A stretch of DNA of 64,000 nucleotides from Desulfosoma sp. (lineage in GTDB: Bacteria; Desulfobacterota; Syntrophobacteria; Syntrophobacterales; DSM-9756): the NCBI GenBank assembly GCA_037481835.1, contig JBBFKW010000003.1, forward strand, positions 189,247-253,246. The letters are read 5' to 3'. The position numbers were made by a program, and so were the translations under genes. How positions within the stretch are numbered: position 1 is the stretch's first letter; the number at the start of each line of letters is the position of its first letter. A model generated the notes under the pieces. That model was not told where the DNA came from and did not search any database. It saw only the letters and a program-made list of their open reading frames with translations. Below are positions 46,724 through 58,273 of this stretch, piece after piece.

Positions 46724-49021
46724 CTACTGGGTTTTGGGCGCTGGTGCCGATGCGGTCGGGGCGGCGGCTTCCGGCATCTTTTGCGACGGTTCGGCCGGGG
46801 CGGACACTGGCGGCTTCGCCTTTTCTTGCGCCGGTTTGGGAACGAACAAATCCTTGTTCCACCAGATCAGCGCGGCGGCCGCGGCGGCGATAAGAAGCAC
46901 CCACAGTTTCCACATCCCGCTCTTTTCGGCGTAGGGATCTTCGATGGTGCGTCGGGCTCCCTCGGGGAGAGAGGCGACGGCCGTCAGGGTCATCCCGAAG
47001 GGGATGTTGATCTTGGCACGGGCGTTTACGGCCCAGCCGCAGGCGTCCAAAATGGGGCCCAGGTTTCGTTGTCTCAGTTTCAGCCATGCGATGATCATGG
47101 ACGGCCCGGACACGATGAGCAAGAGGCCGGCCAGAGCCAGGGGGATCTGCCACCAGTGCAGCGACATCAAGCCCGTAAGAACGGACGCCACAGCCGTCCC
47201 GATGGCGCCCACGGCCAAACCAATGGCGGCAAAGATGCCCGCGAACTTGCCGATATCAAAAGGGGCGGCCGGGGGTGCAGGAGGCGCGGCGGCGGAAGGG
47301 GCTTGCGCCGGGGCGGTCGCCGCCGCCGTCACGCCGGCGGCGGCCTTTTCGTCGACGGCCTTTTCTTTGGAAGCGGCAAACTTTTCGATCTGCTCGGCCA
47401 CCATGCGCGCAAACCTTTTGTACGGCGCCCAGAAAGCCTGCCGAACGCTGATGGGATGCTCCACGATCTTCACGATGGTGGCGTCCCAATCGCGCCCTTG
47501 CCGATCGTAGAAAACGCCGTTTCGTCCCACACGCAGATTGTCCGAATCGCCGTCCGTGATGGCGGCGGCGATATGCATGGTCTCTTGACCACCCCGGCGT
47601 TTACACGCACAGTAGGCGAGGTAGGTGCGGCTGAGGCCGGCGAGGGCGCTGTGGCTTTCCACATCGTCCACACGCACGCACAGGGCGCAGCTGCGTTGAT
47701 CCAGATAAAGCGTTCCGGCCTGAAAGATGGCGTGAGCTTTGGGATTGTAAAAATCGGTAAAGGAGACGAAATTCCGAACGAGGGTATAAAGATCCCGATG
47801 GTATCGGACCAATCGATCCACGGCATCGATGGCGTCAGCTTCGGCCTTTAAGGCCTTGTCTTCATTCAAAAGGTCGTAGACGGCTTGCCGGTAGGGACCT
47901 GCGACGATGTCCCGAAGCCGCGCAATGCCCAGTTTTTCCACCGCTTCACCCTTTTTCGCCGCACGCCACGCCTCCATGGCGGCAAACGCGGCGCTGACGG
48001 TCTGCCAGTCTTCCAGGCTGAGCGTTGCCTTTTCGCCCAGAAGGGGCGTGAGGACTTCGGTGCGCAGACGATCCAGCGCAGCTGTCCATGCCGGGTTGAT
48101 TCCCTCGGTGAGGGGCAAAGAACCGTTGGGCTCGATCCGGGCCAAGGGCAATGCGGCAATTTGGTCGGCCACCGACGAAAGGTCTCGGGGGGAAAGGGAT
48201 CGGTATTCTTCGGCAGGCGGACTCAGGTGATCCGTAGCTCGAGGGTCATAAGCCGCCAGTTGGCAGCGCACGAAAAAGTCGTCGATTTTGGCTTTCACGG
48301 CCTGAAAGATCTCTGCCGCCGCTTGCGTTTTCTCACCCAGAGGCAGTATCCTCGCCTCATCTTGTTCGGCCAGCCGCCACCAATCCACGTAGGCCTCTAC
48401 TTCGGCAAAAAAAGCGTTGAGTTTTTCTTCTCCCACGCCAGGCCGACCGCTCCGATCCATGTCGCTGCCCATGCAGTCCATGATGTCCCGGATGAGCGCC
48501 GCGGTTTCTTCATCTTCGGCGGATTCCGGGCAGATGACCCCGTCCCCGTTAAACCGGGTGTCGGCGAAAATCCGGGCGGTATCCGCCGTGTCTTCGACCG
48601 TGATGACCGGTGCGTCGGGTTTTCCCAGGTTGGCTAAAATCTGCCTGGCGGACTTGAGAATCCGCTGCCCTTCTTGGGACCCGTCGTCGATGGCCGAAAG
48701 GGGTAAGCCCGACGATCCGTTGAGCAACTCATCGGGGTTTTTAAGGAGCTTTCCGGCCCAGTGGACGGCGGCGATGAGTTCGGGGACCCGAATGCGTCCG
48801 TCTCCGTCCGAGTCGATGAGCCGGAGGGTGCGTTCGTCGAACTGGAGCCCATGGATGGGGCAACTCAAGGCCGTCCAGAGCTTCTGATCCAGCCGGTCCA
48901 AAGCCAGCATGTCGGCGCCGGAAAGAATCCGAACTTGGTCGAACCCCCCGAGGCGCACGAACTTCCAGGGGTAGGGTTGCTGGGGAAAACGTCCCGCGTT
49001 GGACGGCGAATCTCCTGCCAT
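46724..49021 (-). CDS. Large uncharacterised membrane-anchored protein with EF-hand-like loops
   Basis: 765-aa ORF with AAGGAG RBS; DSDGDGRIRVPE and FNGDGVI loops; two to three C-terminal TM helices. Confidence 0.85.
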   Translation of the reverse strand: MAGDSPSNAGRFPQQPYPWKFVRLGGFDQVRILSGADMLALDRLDQKLWTALSCPIHGLQFDERTLRLIDSDGDGRIRVPELIAAVHWAGKLLKNPDELLNGSSGLPLSAIDDGSQEGQRILKSARQILANLGKPDAPVITVEDTADTARIFADTRFNGDGVICPESAEDEETAALIRDIMDCMGSDMDRSGRPGVGEEKLNAFFAEVEAYVDWWRLAEQDEARILPLGEKTQAAAEIFQAVKAKIDDFFVRCQLAAYDPRATDHLSPPAEEYRSLSPRDLSSVADQIAALPLARIEPNGSLPLTEGINPAWTAALDRLRTEVLTPLLGEKATLSLEDWQTVSAAFAAMEAWRAAKKGEAVEKLGIARLRDIVAGPYRQAVYDLLNEDKALKAEADAIDAVDRLVRYHRDLYTLVRNFVSFTDFYNPKAHAIFQAGTLYLDQRSCALCVRVDDVESHSALAGLSRTYLAYCACKRRGGQETMHIAAAITDGDSDNLRVGRNGVFYDRQGRDWDATIVKIVEHPISVRQAFWAPYKRFARMVAEQIEKFAASKEKAVDEKAAAGVTAAATAPAQAPSAAAPPAPPAAPFDIGKFAGIFAAIGLAVGAIGTAVASVLTGLMSLHWWQIPLALAGLLLIVSGPSMIIAWLKLRQRNLGPILDACGWAVNARAKINIPFGMTLTAVASLPEGARRTIEDPYAEKSGMWKLWVLLIAAAAAALIWWNKDLFVPKPAQEKAKPPVSAPAEPSQKMPEAAAPTASAPAPKTQ

Positions 49022-49055
49022 GGCGGCGCTCCTTGGTTTCGAGTAGGTGCGGGAG

Positions 49056-49090
49056 AAAAAAAAGGGCTTTGCCTATTTCGGCAAAGCCCT
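49056..49090 (-). terminator. Intrinsic terminator of the tRNA-Val/tRNA-Asp transcript
   Basis: AGGGCTTTGCC/GGCAAAGCCCT 11-bp stem with a T-run on the minus strand. Confidence 0.9.
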
Positions 49091-49100
49091 CTGAAATGTC

Positions 49101-49177
<77 letters not shown>

Positions 49178-49185
49178 GTGTGATG

Positions 49186-49261
49186 TGGTGGGCGGAACAG
49201 GGCTCGAACCTGTGACCCCCGGCTTGTAAGGCCGATGCTCTCCCACCTGAGCTATCCGCCC
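49186..49261 (-). tRNA. tRNA-Val(TAC)
   Basis: GGGCGGATAGCTCAGGTGG..CTTACAA..GGTTCGAGCCC..CCACCA; CCA encoded. Confidence 0.97.
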
Positions 49262-49354
49262 TGAAAATTCCGTCGGGATCATTTCGGCCTCGCCCCTGCG
49301 CGAGGCTCTTTCCTAGCCCATTCCGAATCGAGATGTCAAGCGCTTTTTGGCGCA

Positions 49355-51814
49355 TCAATGGGCGTGGATGTCTTCCGAACACGGGGCCGGCTCGGTGCCG
49401 AAAAACACCGGTTCGGGCGAGGGTGTCGCATCCTTGAAGAGGCTTTCCGGGTCGTCCAGGACAAGGGCCTTGCGGAGCACATCGTCCATGTGCCCGACCA
49501 GCTCCACGTTCACCTCTTCCAGGATCTTCGCCGGAATGTCCCGAAGATCCTTGGCGTTTTCTTCTGGGATGAGCACCGTCTTGATCTGGCCTCTGTGCGC
49601 CGCAAGGATTTTTTCCTTGAGGCCTCCGATGGGAAGAATCCGACCCCTCAGGGTGATTTCGCCCGTCATGGCCACATCACTTCGGACGGGAATCTTTGTC
49701 AGAGCGGACACCATGGACGTGGCCATGGTAATCCCCGCCGAAGGCCCGTCCTTGGGGATGGCTCCTTCCGGAACATGGACGTGCAGGTCGGTATGTTCGT
49801 AAAAATCCTTGGCGATGCCCAGCCGTTCCGCCCTGGAACGCACGTAGCTGAACGCGGCCTGCGCCGATTCCTGCATGACGTCGCCCAGTTTTCCCGTGAT
49901 GATGATCTTGCCCTTGCCCGGCATGGTCACCGTCTCGATCCCCAAAAGGTCTCCGCCGAATTCGGTCCACGCGAGGCCGATGGCCAAACCCACCTCATCG
50001 CGCTCTTCGGCGCGGCCGTAGCGGAACTTGGGCACACCCAGGTATTCCTGGATGATCTCTTCCGTGAGGACCACTCGCGTCTGGGGGCCGCTTCGGACCA
50101 CCTCTTTAGCCACCTTGCGACAGATGGAGGCGATTTCCCGCTCCAGGTTCCGCACACCGGCTTCCTTGGTGTAGTGCCGGATGATATGCAGGAGAATGTC
50201 ATCGGAAAACACCACGTTGTCCTGCGTGATGCCGTTGGCTTCGCATTGCTTGCGCACGAGGAAGCCTTTGGCGATCTGGAGCTTTTCGATTTCCGTATAG
50301 CCCGGCAGGCGGATGATTTCCATCCGGTCTTGGAGCGGCAAGGGGATGGAATGGAGCGTGTTGGCCGTGGTGATGAAAAACACGGACGACAGGTCAAAAT
50401 CCAGATCCAGGTAATGGTCGTTGAAGGCGAAGTTCTGCTCGGGATCCAACACTTCCAAGAGGGCCGCCGCCGGATCGCCCCGGAAGTCCATGGTCATCTT
50501 ATCGATTTCATCCAGGCAAAAAACCGGGTTGTTGCTCTTGACCTTGCGAAGGCTCTGAATGATCTTTCCCGGCATGGCGCCGATGTAGGTCCGTCGATGC
50601 CCTCGGATTTCCGCCTCATCGCGCACGCCCCCCAGGGACAGGCGCACAAAATTGCGATTCATGGCTCGGGCGATGGATCGGGCCAGGGAGGTTTTCCCCA
50701 CGCCCGGCGGGCCCACAAAGCACAAAATGGGACCTTTGATCTTTTTCACGAGAGACTGCACGGCCAGGTATTCCAGGATGCGCTGCTTGGGCTTTTCCAA
50801 CCCGTAGTGGTCCTCGTCCAAAACCGCGGCCGCCTGGTCGATATCCAGCTTGTCTTTGGTCTTTTCGCACCACGGCAGAGACAAGATCCAATCGATGTAG
50901 TTGCGCACCACCGTCGCTTCGGCGCTCATGGGGGACATGAGCTTGAGTTTCTTGAACTCGTGGCGCACCTTGGCCGCCGCCTCCTTGCTCAGCCGTTTCT
51001 TCTTGATGCGCTTTTCCAGCTCCTCGAGTTCGGACTTGAAATCGTCCTTTTCCCCCATCTCCTTCTGGATGGCCCGCATCTGCTCGTTGAGGTAATACTC
51101 GCGCTGGGTCTTTTCCATCTGCTTCTTGACCCGACCCTTGATGCGTTCCTCCGTCTTGATGATCTCGATTTCCGCCCGGATGTATCCGAAGAGCTTTTCC
51201 AGGCGGCGAACCGGATCCAAAATCTCGAGAAGCTTCTGTTTGACTTCGATCTTGAACGGCATGTAAGCCGCCACCGTGTCGGCGAGCCTCGAGGGGTCAT
51301 CGATTTCGCCGGCGGCATCCAGGACTTCCTGCGTGATTTTCTTGTTGTGTTTGGCGTAAGCCGCAAAGGCGGTGCGCACCCCCCGCCGCAACGCTTCCTC
51401 TTCAGTCGGGTCAGCGTCCGATATTTCCTGAAGCGCCTCCAACTTCACGTAGAAGGCGTCCGCCTGGGGCATAAATTCCACGATTCGGCACCGATACTCC
51501 CCTTCCACCAAAACTTTGACGGTGCCGTCGGGAAGGCGCAGCAGCTGCAAAACGGTGGCCACCGTCCCGGTGCGGAAGATGTCATTCGCTCCCGGGTTGT
51601 CCGTTTTGGCGTTTTTTTGAGCCGCAAGAAAGATCTTCTTGTCGGTGTGCATGGCCCTTTCCAGGGCGTTCACCGACTTGTCCCGTCCTACGAAAAGTGG
51701 CACCACCATGGCGGGATAAACCACGATATCCCTCAGGGGCAGGAGAGGCATGACCACACTGCGGCCGGGTTCCGAAGGCGTTTCTCTTTTCCGGATTCTG
51801 TCAAACATAGGCAT
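49355..51814 (-). CDS. lon: ATP-dependent protease La; exact start uncertain
   Basis: [37 protein letters not shown]. Confidence 0.97.
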   Translation of the reverse strand: MPMFDRIRKRETPSEPGRSVVMPLLPLRDIVVYPAMVVPLFVGRDKSVNALERAMHTDKKIFLAAQKNAKTDNPGANDIFRTGTVATVLQLLRLPDGTVKVLVEGEYRCRIVEFMPQADAFYVKLEALQEISDADPTEEEALRRGVRTAFAAYAKHNKKITQEVLDAAGEIDDPSRLADTVAAYMPFKIEVKQKLLEILDPVRRLEKLFGYIRAEIEIIKTEERIKGRVKKQMEKTQREYYLNEQMRAIQKEMGEKDDFKSELEELEKRIKKKRLSKEAAAKVRHEFKKLKLMSPMSAEATVVRNYIDWILSLPWCEKTKDKLDIDQAAAVLDEDHYGLEKPKQRILEYLAVQSLVKKIKGPILCFVGPPGVGKTSLARSIARAMNRNFVRLSLGGVRDEAEIRGHRRTYIGAMPGKIIQSLRKVKSNNPVFCLDEIDKMTMDFRGDPAAALLEVLDPEQNFAFNDHYLDLDFDLSSVFFITTANTLHSIPLPLQDRMEIIRLPGYTEIEKLQIAKGFLVRKQCEANGITQDNVVFSDDILLHIIRHYTKEAGVRNLEREIASICRKVAKEVVRSGPQTRVVLTEEIIQEYLGVPKFRYGRAEERDEVGLAIGLAWTEFGGDLLGIETVTMPGKGKIIITGKLGDVMQESAQAAFSYVRSRAERLGIAKDFYEHTDLHVHVPEGAIPKDGPSAGITMATSMVSALTKIPVRSDVAMTGEITLRGRILPIGGLKEKILAAHRGQIKTVLIPEENAKDLRDIPAKILEEVNVELVGHMDDVLRKALVLDDPESLFKDATPSPEPVFFGTEPAPCSEDIHAH

Positions 51815-51834
51815 AGGCTTTCCCGATGGCGTTT

Positions 51835-53091
51835 CTACGCCGATTCTCGACTCTGGCTGTGATAGAGCAAGATGGGTCGATCATTATTCAAGACGACCTC
51901 CTCGTTCACGACGCATTCCTCCACGTCGGTCTGGGACGGCAGGTCGTACATGACGTCCAACATGATATTTTCCATAATGGATCGAAGCCCGCGGGCTCCG
52001 GATTTCCTCCGAAGCGCTTCCTTGGCGATGGCCCGCAGGGCCCCTTCCGTGAAGCGGAGCTTAACGTTTTCCAATTCAAAGAGCTTTCGGTACTGCTTGA
52101 CCAAAGCGTTTCGCGGTTCGGTGAGAATCTGGATCAGTTCCTCCTCGGTGAGTTCACCCAAAGTGGCGATCACCGGAAGCCGGCCCACGAATTCCGGAAT
52201 CAGGCCGAATTTGATCAAATCTTCCGGTTGCACCTGGCACAGGGTTTCCCCCACGTTCTTTTCATCCTTGCTCTTGATATCGGCAGCGAAGCCCAAACCC
52301 TTGACGCCCGTTCGCGACTTGATGATACCTTCCAAGTGATTGAACGCGCCGCCGCAGATGAATAGGATGTTCGTCGTGTCGATCTTGATGAATTCCTGCT
52401 GCGGGTGCTTTCGGCCTCCTTTGGGGGGCACGTTGGCCACGGTGCCTTCCAAAATTTTGAGAAGCGCCTGCTGGACCCCTTCGCCCGAAACGTCCCTCGT
52501 AATGGAAGGGCTGTCCGATTTCTTGGCGATCTTGTCGATTTCATCGATATAGACGATCCCGCGGGACGCCCTTTCGATGTCGTAATCCGCCGCCTGAATA
52601 AGGCTCACCAAAATGTTTTCCACGTCCTCGCCCACATAGCCGGCTTCGGTCAACGTGGTGGCGTCGGCGATGGTAAAAGGCACGTTCAGGATCTTGGCCA
52701 GGGTCTGGGCCAGAAGCGTTTTTCCGGAACCCGTGGGGCCGATCATCAGGATGTTGCTCTTTTGGAGCTCCACGTCGTCTTTCTTGTCGGGGCGCAGTTC
52801 GATCCGCTTGTAATGATTGTGCACGGCCACGGACAGGATCTTCTTGGCCCTTTCCTGCCCAATGACGTACTGATCGAGAGCCGCCTTGATTTCGGCGGGT
52901 TTGGGGATCTGGGTGGCCCGAGTCACCTCGTCCCGCTCATATTCTTCGGCGATGATGTCGTTGCAGAGCTCCACGCATTCGTCACAGATGTAGACGGTGG
53001 GACCGGCGATCAATTTCTTGACCTCGCTCTGGCTCTTCCCGCAAAAAGAGCAACGCAGCTCTCCGGTTCTGTCGTCACGTTTCTTGGCCAT
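51835..53091 (-). CDS. clpX: ATP-dependent Clp protease ATP-binding subunit ClpX
   Basis: CSFC..CDEC Zn finger, [19 protein letters not shown]. Confidence 0.98.
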   Translation of the reverse strand: MAKKRDDRTGELRCSFCGKSQSEVKKLIAGPTVYICDECVELCNDIIAEEYERDEVTRATQIPKPAEIKAALDQYVIGQERAKKILSVAVHNHYKRIELRPDKKDDVELQKSNILMIGPTGSGKTLLAQTLAKILNVPFTIADATTLTEAGYVGEDVENILVSLIQAADYDIERASRGIVYIDEIDKIAKKSDSPSITRDVSGEGVQQALLKILEGTVANVPPKGGRKHPQQEFIKIDTTNILFICGGAFNHLEGIIKSRTGVKGLGFAADIKSKDEKNVGETLCQVQPEDLIKFGLIPEFVGRLPVIATLGELTEEELIQILTEPRNALVKQYRKLFELENVKLRFTEGALRAIAKEALRRKSGARGLRSIMENIMLDVMYDLPSQTDVEECVVNEEVVLNNDRPILLYHSQSRESA

Positions 53092-53335
53092 GGGATATCC
53101 TCCTCAATTGCCGCCGGGGGAAGGGGCCAAATCCGCATCCAGCCTCCCCCGGGCTTTTCATAACTTCCACGATCGCCAGCCCATCGAGCTGGATTGTTGC
53201 TCTATGATAACGCCTGTGGCCCATCCTATCAACGGCTCTTCTCCCGTTCAACCCTTGAAGCAAAATATAAGCCAGAAGGACATGGAAAACCACCCCCGGC
53301 CGGGGGCGTGTCGGCGGGGAAAAACCGAGGGGCTG

Positions 53336-53369
53336 AAAAACGAAAACGGGGGATTGTCAATAATCCCCC
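53336..53369 (-). terminator. Terminator-like hairpin between clpP and clpX
   Basis: GGGGGATT..AATCCCCC stem followed on the minus strand by GTTTTCGTTTTTC. Confidence 0.55.
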
Positions 53370-53451
53370 TTTCCGAAGGGACGACCCGCCAGGGTTACAG
53401 GCAGGAACCTGAAGAAGGGCAACAGCCTATGCAGCGGCACGAAAGCGTTTC

Positions 53452-54060
53452 TCAACGGGAGCCTTCGGCGGGCCCTTCCATGCGCCGCACGATCACTTCG
53501 TCGACCAAACCGTATTCTTTGGCCTGAGATCCGGACATGTAAAAATCCCGGTCGGTATCCTTTTCGATCTGTTCCAGGGGTCTTCCCGTGTGCAGCACGA
53601 GGATCTTGTTGAGCTCTTCGCGAAGGCGCAGGATCTCGCGCGCCTGAATGTCCACATCGGTCGCCTGTCCCTGGAATCCACCCATGGGCTGATGGAGCAT
53701 GATGCGCGCGTGGGGCAGGGCGTAGCGTTTGCCCTTCACGCCCGCAGCCAGCAGCACGGCGGCCATGCTGGCCGCCTGGCCCATGCACAACGTGGACACG
53801 TTGGGCTTGATGTACTGCATCGTATCGTAGATGGCCAACCCTGCCGTGACCAATCCGCCGGGTGAATTGATGTAGAAGTGGATATCCTTGTCGGGATCTT
53901 CCGATTCCAAGAACAACATTTGGGCGATGATCACATTGGCCACCTCGTCGGTGATGGCCGTGCCCAAAAAAATGATGCGGTCCCGGAGAAGGCGCGAGTA
54001 AATATCGAAAGCCCTCTCGCCGCGGCTGCTCTGCTCAATGACAATGGGAATCAAAGACAT
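53452..54060 (-). CDS. clpP: ATP-dependent Clp protease proteolytic subunit
   Basis: DIYSRLL, YINSPGG, GQAASM, MLHQP, DRD. Confidence 0.98.
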   Translation of the reverse strand: MSLIPIVIEQSSRGERAFDIYSRLLRDRIIFLGTAITDEVANVIIAQMLFLESEDPDKDIHFYINSPGGLVTAGLAIYDTMQYIKPNVSTLCMGQAASMAAVLLAAGVKGKRYALPHARIMLHQPMGGFQGQATDVDIQAREILRLREELNKILVLHTGRPLEQIEKDTDRDFYMSGSQAKEYGLVDEVIVRRMEGPAEGSR

Positions 54061-55382
54061 CAGGCTTCCTCCGACTCTTCACGGGGCGCCTCGGGAGCGC
54101 CTTCCTTGGCGACGGCATGGTCTTCCAACAGCTTAAAGACTTTTTCTTCCAGCTTCTGCTGGAACATGTCCTGGACGATGGCGCTTTCCTGATATTCCTC
54201 TCTCACCTGGTCCGGCGAGGTGCGATACATACGGGCCACTTCAGCGTAGACGGTTTCCTTTTCCTCTTCACTCAGTTCCAGATTTTCCTGAGCTGCAATC
54301 TGCTCCACAATGAGTCGCCACCGGATGTCCCGTTCCGCCGCCAGGCGCTGTTCCGCCCGGATTTCCGGGGTCTGAAAACGGCTGGGATCGAGATTCAGCC
54401 CCTGAGCGGTGAACTGATGGACGAAATGCTGGATGCGCCGATCCACCTCGCGTTCCACCACTTTCGAAGGCACCTCGAAGGAGACGGAGCTCAACAACTG
54501 GTCCATGATGGCGCGGCGAACGTGGAGCTTGCGGGCTTCTTCGTCGGCCTTTATGGCTCTGTCGCGCAGGGCCTCTTTCAGCGCTTCCAAAGACTCATGA
54601 TCGCCCACTTTGCGGGCGAAGGCATCGTCCAAGTCGGGTAGGATTTTTTCCTTGATATCCTTGATCGTCACCTCGAAGCGGACCCTTTTGCCCGCCAGGT
54701 CCCGCGCCTGCGCGTCCTCGGGGAAATCCAGCTCGAAACGGACCGTCTCCCCCGCGCCATGTCCCACAAGGTGGGCATCGAAATCGGGATGAATTTTCCC
54801 CTCGCCCAATTCAATGTAAAAGTTTTTCTGCACGCCCTTTTCAAAGATTTGACCGTCCAGCTCGGGCACCACGTCCACAATGACGAAGTCCCCCATCTGC
54901 GCCGGCCGATCGCCTTCCACCGATCGAATTTCCGCGTGCCGTTCCCTGAGGGTCCTCAGTTGTTCGGCGATCCGCTCGTCGGTGACTTCCGTCCTCGGGG
55001 GAACCTCCACTTCCAGCCCCAGGTAGTCTTTGACTTCGAAGGCGGGCCGCACTTCCACGATGGCCGAATAGGAAAAGGACCCGTCGGAATCAAACCGATA
55101 GTCTTCGACGTCGCCTTCCATCATGGGTTTGAGGTCCGTCTGTTTCAAAGCGTCCGGATAGGTTTCTTGGATGAGCTGGTTGGAAACTTCCCCTTGAACC
55201 GTTTTCCCGTAGTAGGATTCGAGAATCTTTCGGGGGACCTTGCCGGGGCGAAAGCCTTTGAGGCGCACTTGTTGGCTGAGCTGGCGGTAGCGCTTGTCCA
55301 ACTCCTTTTCCACGTGTCGAGCTTCCACAACGACGAGCAGCTTTTTCTGGGTGGGCCCCAGGTCCGTCACAGTGACTTTCAT
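54060..55382 (-). CDS. tig: Trigger factor
   Basis: GFRPGKVP ribosome-binding motif, FKBP-like domain; directly upstream of clpP. Confidence 0.95.
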   Translation of the reverse strand: MKVTVTDLGPTQKKLLVVVEARHVEKELDKRYRQLSQQVRLKGFRPGKVPRKILESYYGKTVQGEVSNQLIQETYPDALKQTDLKPMMEGDVEDYRFDSDGSFSYSAIVEVRPAFEVKDYLGLEVEVPPRTEVTDERIAEQLRTLRERHAEIRSVEGDRPAQMGDFVIVDVVPELDGQIFEKGVQKNFYIELGEGKIHPDFDAHLVGHGAGETVRFELDFPEDAQARDLAGKRVRFEVTIKDIKEKILPDLDDAFARKVGDHESLEALKEALRDRAIKADEEARKLHVRRAIMDQLLSSVSFEVPSKVVEREVDRRIQHFVHQFTAQGLNLDPSRFQTPEIRAEQRLAAERDIRWRLIVEQIAAQENLELSEEEKETVYAEVARMYRTSPDQVREEYQESAIVQDMFQQKLEEKVFKLLEDHAVAKEGAPEAPREESEEA

Positions 55383-55504
55383 CTCAGTCAAACCTTCCTT
55401 CTCTCTGCCCTTGAGATCAGTCCCAGGCCCCCTTGGCATTCATAGGGCCCGAACCCTTTGCGGTGAGCCCATCCCGGTCCAAAGGGCGCTCACCCAAAAA
55501 CGAA

Positions 55505-55537
55505 ACGAAGTTAGCAACCCCGCGGGACTAACTTCGT
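55505..55537 (-). terminator. Hairpin downstream of tRNA-Leu, probable terminator
   Basis: ACGAAGTTAG/CTAACTTCGT stem; T-rich tail on the minus strand. Confidence 0.5.
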
Positions 55538-55620
55538 CGCATGCACACAGACACCGTCACTGGCCCTCTATAAAGCTTCTCCTGCGGTCGGACGCCGCGC
55601 CGAACCGGGCGCCGATCGGG

Positions 55621-55702
55621 TGCGAGAGGGGGGAGTCGAACCCCCAAGCCGAGAGGCGCTGGATCCTAAGTCCAGTGCGTTTGCCAATTCCGCCACTCTC
55701 GC
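55621..55702 (-). tRNA. tRNA-Leu(TAG), CCA not encoded
   Basis: GCGAGAGTGGCGGAATTGGCAAACGC..CTTAGGA..long variable arm..GGTTCGACTCC..CTCTCGCA, followed by CCC. Confidence 0.95.
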
Positions 55703-55951
55703 CAAAGCCCCGGCGGAGCACAGGATCTTCTAATCGTTCCCCGCGCGCACTGTCAAGGGAAAAGGATTCAATAAGTTAGCGCCCGCTGTCCACAAATGGC
55801 GCCCGAGAGGAAAAACCCTGCATCAATAGTGTTCACGAGAGGCGAAAAGATGTAAAATGCTCTTCAAAGTGATGTTCGACGCGCGTTCGTGGTCGGTGCT
55901 TCAACGGGAAAGCTTTGATGGATTTTGGGACACAAAAAGGAGGTGGCGTTC

Positions 55952-56143
55952 ATGGTGGTTTATCGTCGAAAGGAAGACAGCCAGACGTGGCATTGGTGCT
56001 CCAACTGCAGTCAATACCCCACGGGGCAGGACATCATCAAGAGGCAGAGCCGCCCTGAATACGGGGAGTTTTGCGATGAGTGCACGGTGAAGGAACAGAC
56101 GGGCGACTGCAAATCGGATTCCTTCTTTTCGGTGAGAAAATGA
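55952..56143 (+). CDS. Small Cys-rich putative metal-binding protein
   Basis: AAGGAGG RBS; WHWCSNC..CDEC..C in 63 aa. Confidence 0.75.
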   Translation: MVVYRRKEDSQTWHWCSNCSQYPTGQDIIKRQSRPEYGEFCDECTVKEQTGDCKSDSFFSVRK

Positions 56144-56159
56144 CGGGCTGTGGTGTGCC

Positions 56160-56792
56160 GTGAAAAGGCGGTTTCATGTCATCGACGGGGGAAGCGCCCC
56201 CAAAGCCGGCGGGTCGTTGAGGCCCATGCGGCTCTATCGCGCCTATTCCGTTGGGGAAATGGAAAGGGAGCGCATCACCTATTACGGCGTGCGCTTTCAT
56301 TGGTATCGGCTGGATAGAACGGAACCCGTCGTCCCCTTCGAACGGCTCATCGCCGGCTACGACCGGCTCAAAGAGACCGCGCGGCGGCAGGCGGAGGAAC
56401 AAGTTCTGCGATACCTCACGGAAGAAGAGGTGTGGGGCTTGAGAACGTACCTTCGGGAACGGCACGGCTTGGAAGTCATCGCCGAGGAGGTTCCCCTGCC
56501 CATCGAGGTGCCGACGGGCCCTTTTCATTCCCCTTACGGCGAAGTCTACGAGTTTCTGGAACTGTCCGAGCAGGAAGGCTATCCTTTGCCTTACAAGATC
56601 TGGGGCTATTACTCCCTTCGAGGGTGCCTCACCGGGCCGAACGTGACGGAAGGGGTGAGATTCCTTAAAAAGGCCTTGCAGCGGCTCAAAATCCCGCAAA
56701 CATTTCGGCCGGAAGAGCTGGAGGGGGTGGTGAAGGCCGTATATTTTGAAGAAGGCTTGGTGGTGCAACACCCAAACCGCGAAGTTTCGTAA
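56160..56792 (+). CDS. Hypothetical protein
   Basis: 210-aa ORF with protein-like composition, 16 nt after the Cys-rich ORF; start uncertain. Confidence 0.7.
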   Translation: MKRRFHVIDGGSAPKAGGSLRPMRLYRAYSVGEMERERITYYGVRFHWYRLDRTEPVVPFERLIAGYDRLKETARRQAEEQVLRYLTEEEVWGLRTYLRERHGLEVIAEEVPLPIEVPTGPFHSPYGEVYEFLELSEQEGYPLPYKIWGYYSLRGCLTGPNVTEGVRFLKKALQRLKIPQTFRPEELEGVVKAVYFEEGLVVQHPNREVS

Positions 56793-56841
56793 GCGCAGGG
56801 CCGCTCCGCTTAGACGCGGGGCCGCCCCGTAGCGCTTCCTC

Positions 56842-58017
56842 TCAGTAGAGAAACATAGGTTTTCCCATCACGTGGCGCACTTTCGGCCGATAGTTTTCCA
56901 CGTCGTAGAGTTCGTGAACATCCACGCGTTTTTGGCCCGAAGTGACGATACTCACGGGCATGTCCGTGTAGATTCCTTTGCTCAGGGCGACCATCCGCCC
57001 GAAATTTCGGCGCAGGGCCAGATCCACGGCCATATTAGCAAAATTGACGGCCACCATGAGGTCCAAGGAATCGGGGGCGCCGCTTCGCATCAAGTAGGAC
57101 AGCTGCTGATAAATGATCTCTTCTCCGGTGAGCTTCTTGAGGATTTCACCCGTCAGCAGGCCGATGCCCCCGAGTTTCTTGTGTCCGTAGGCGTCTTCTT
57201 CGCCCCGTTCCATGACCGTGCCGGTGATCATGCGAGCCCCTTCGCTGATGGTCAGCATGGCGTAATTGCTGGGGTTGTTTCGCTTATCTTCCATGATGAG
57301 GGCGGCCAGCCGCTCGGGGTCGAAAGGCACTTCGCTGATGATGGCTCGATCCGTCCCGGCAAGATAGGCGCTGATGAGCGATGTTTCCCCGCAATGGCGT
57401 CCGAAGAGCTCGATGACACCGATGCGTTCATGGGAACCCGTGGAGGTGCGCAGGGCGTGGATGAAATTGACGCTTCGCGTGACGGCTGTGGAAAAACCGA
57501 TGCAATAATCCGTCCCGAACACATCGTTATCCATGGTCTTGGGAACCGCCAGTACCGGAAAGCCTTCCTGATGGAGCCGCACGGCATAGCTCAGCGTATC
57601 GTCCCCTCCAATGGCCACGAGGCAATCGATCCCCAGGTGTTCCAGATTGGCGAGGACGTGCGCCGTGAAGTCTTTCTTTTCCTTGTCGGAGGAAAAGTGG
57701 GATTTGAGGAAACTTGGGGCTTCCTTGTGTCGCACGGCGGCCGGATTGGTCCGGGAGGTGTGCAGGTAGGTGCCCCCCGTCCGGTCGATGGTGCGAACGG
57801 TATTCTTTTCGAGCCACTGGAAACAGTTGGAGAAGGTGTCCGGATCCTCAGGGGTGTAGTCCAGAAGGCCCGCCCATCCCCGGCGAATGCCGAGCACCCG
57901 AAAGCCTTCCTCGACGCATCGGTATACCAAGATCTTGATGCAGGGATTGAGACCCGGCACATCCCCGCCGCCTGTCAAAATGCCGATGGTTTTGATCGCC
58001 TTGAGTTCTCCCGCCAT
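56842..58017 (-). CDS. pfkA: 6-phosphofructokinase family, probably PPi-dependent
   Basis: [37 protein letters not shown]. Confidence 0.92.
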   Translation of the reverse strand: MAGELKAIKTIGILTGGGDVPGLNPCIKILVYRCVEEGFRVLGIRRGWAGLLDYTPEDPDTFSNCFQWLEKNTVRTIDRTGGTYLHTSRTNPAAVRHKEAPSFLKSHFSSDKEKKDFTAHVLANLEHLGIDCLVAIGGDDTLSYAVRLHQEGFPVLAVPKTMDNDVFGTDYCIGFSTAVTRSVNFIHALRTSTGSHERIGVIELFGRHCGETSLISAYLAGTDRAIISEVPFDPERLAALIMEDKRNNPSNYAMLTISEGARMITGTVMERGEEDAYGHKKLGGIGLLTGEILKKLTGEEIIYQQLSYLMRSGAPDSLDLMVAVNFANMAVDLALRRNFGRMVALSKGIYTDMPVSIVTSGQKRVDVHELYDVENYRPKVRHVMGKPMFLY

Positions 58018-58273
58018 GAAAATCCTCCCTTTTCAATGAAAAGCCTCACGGTGGCGCTGGGATCTTGCGATTGGCTTTTTGCAGTTTAAACGATGCCCCG
58101 GCCGATGCAAAGGGAGTCCTTTACGGATCGGCCTGCGGCTGGTAGATAGCCATGTCCGAAAGAGCCCCGGTGGGGCAGAAGAATTCGTGCGGGCGTCCCG
58201 GGAAAGGGATAGGGGATCGGCCGGATCCTCAAGGCCGAAGCGCCCTACAAACGATAAGGAGGACGGAACACCC

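Noticed and set aside
49358..51862. 834-aa plus-strand ORF and similar long antisense ORFs (e.g. 35397-37115, 61634-63667, 15964-17703, 38310-39941)
   Set aside because: They are shadow frames opposite well-supported genes, as expected in high-GC DNA.
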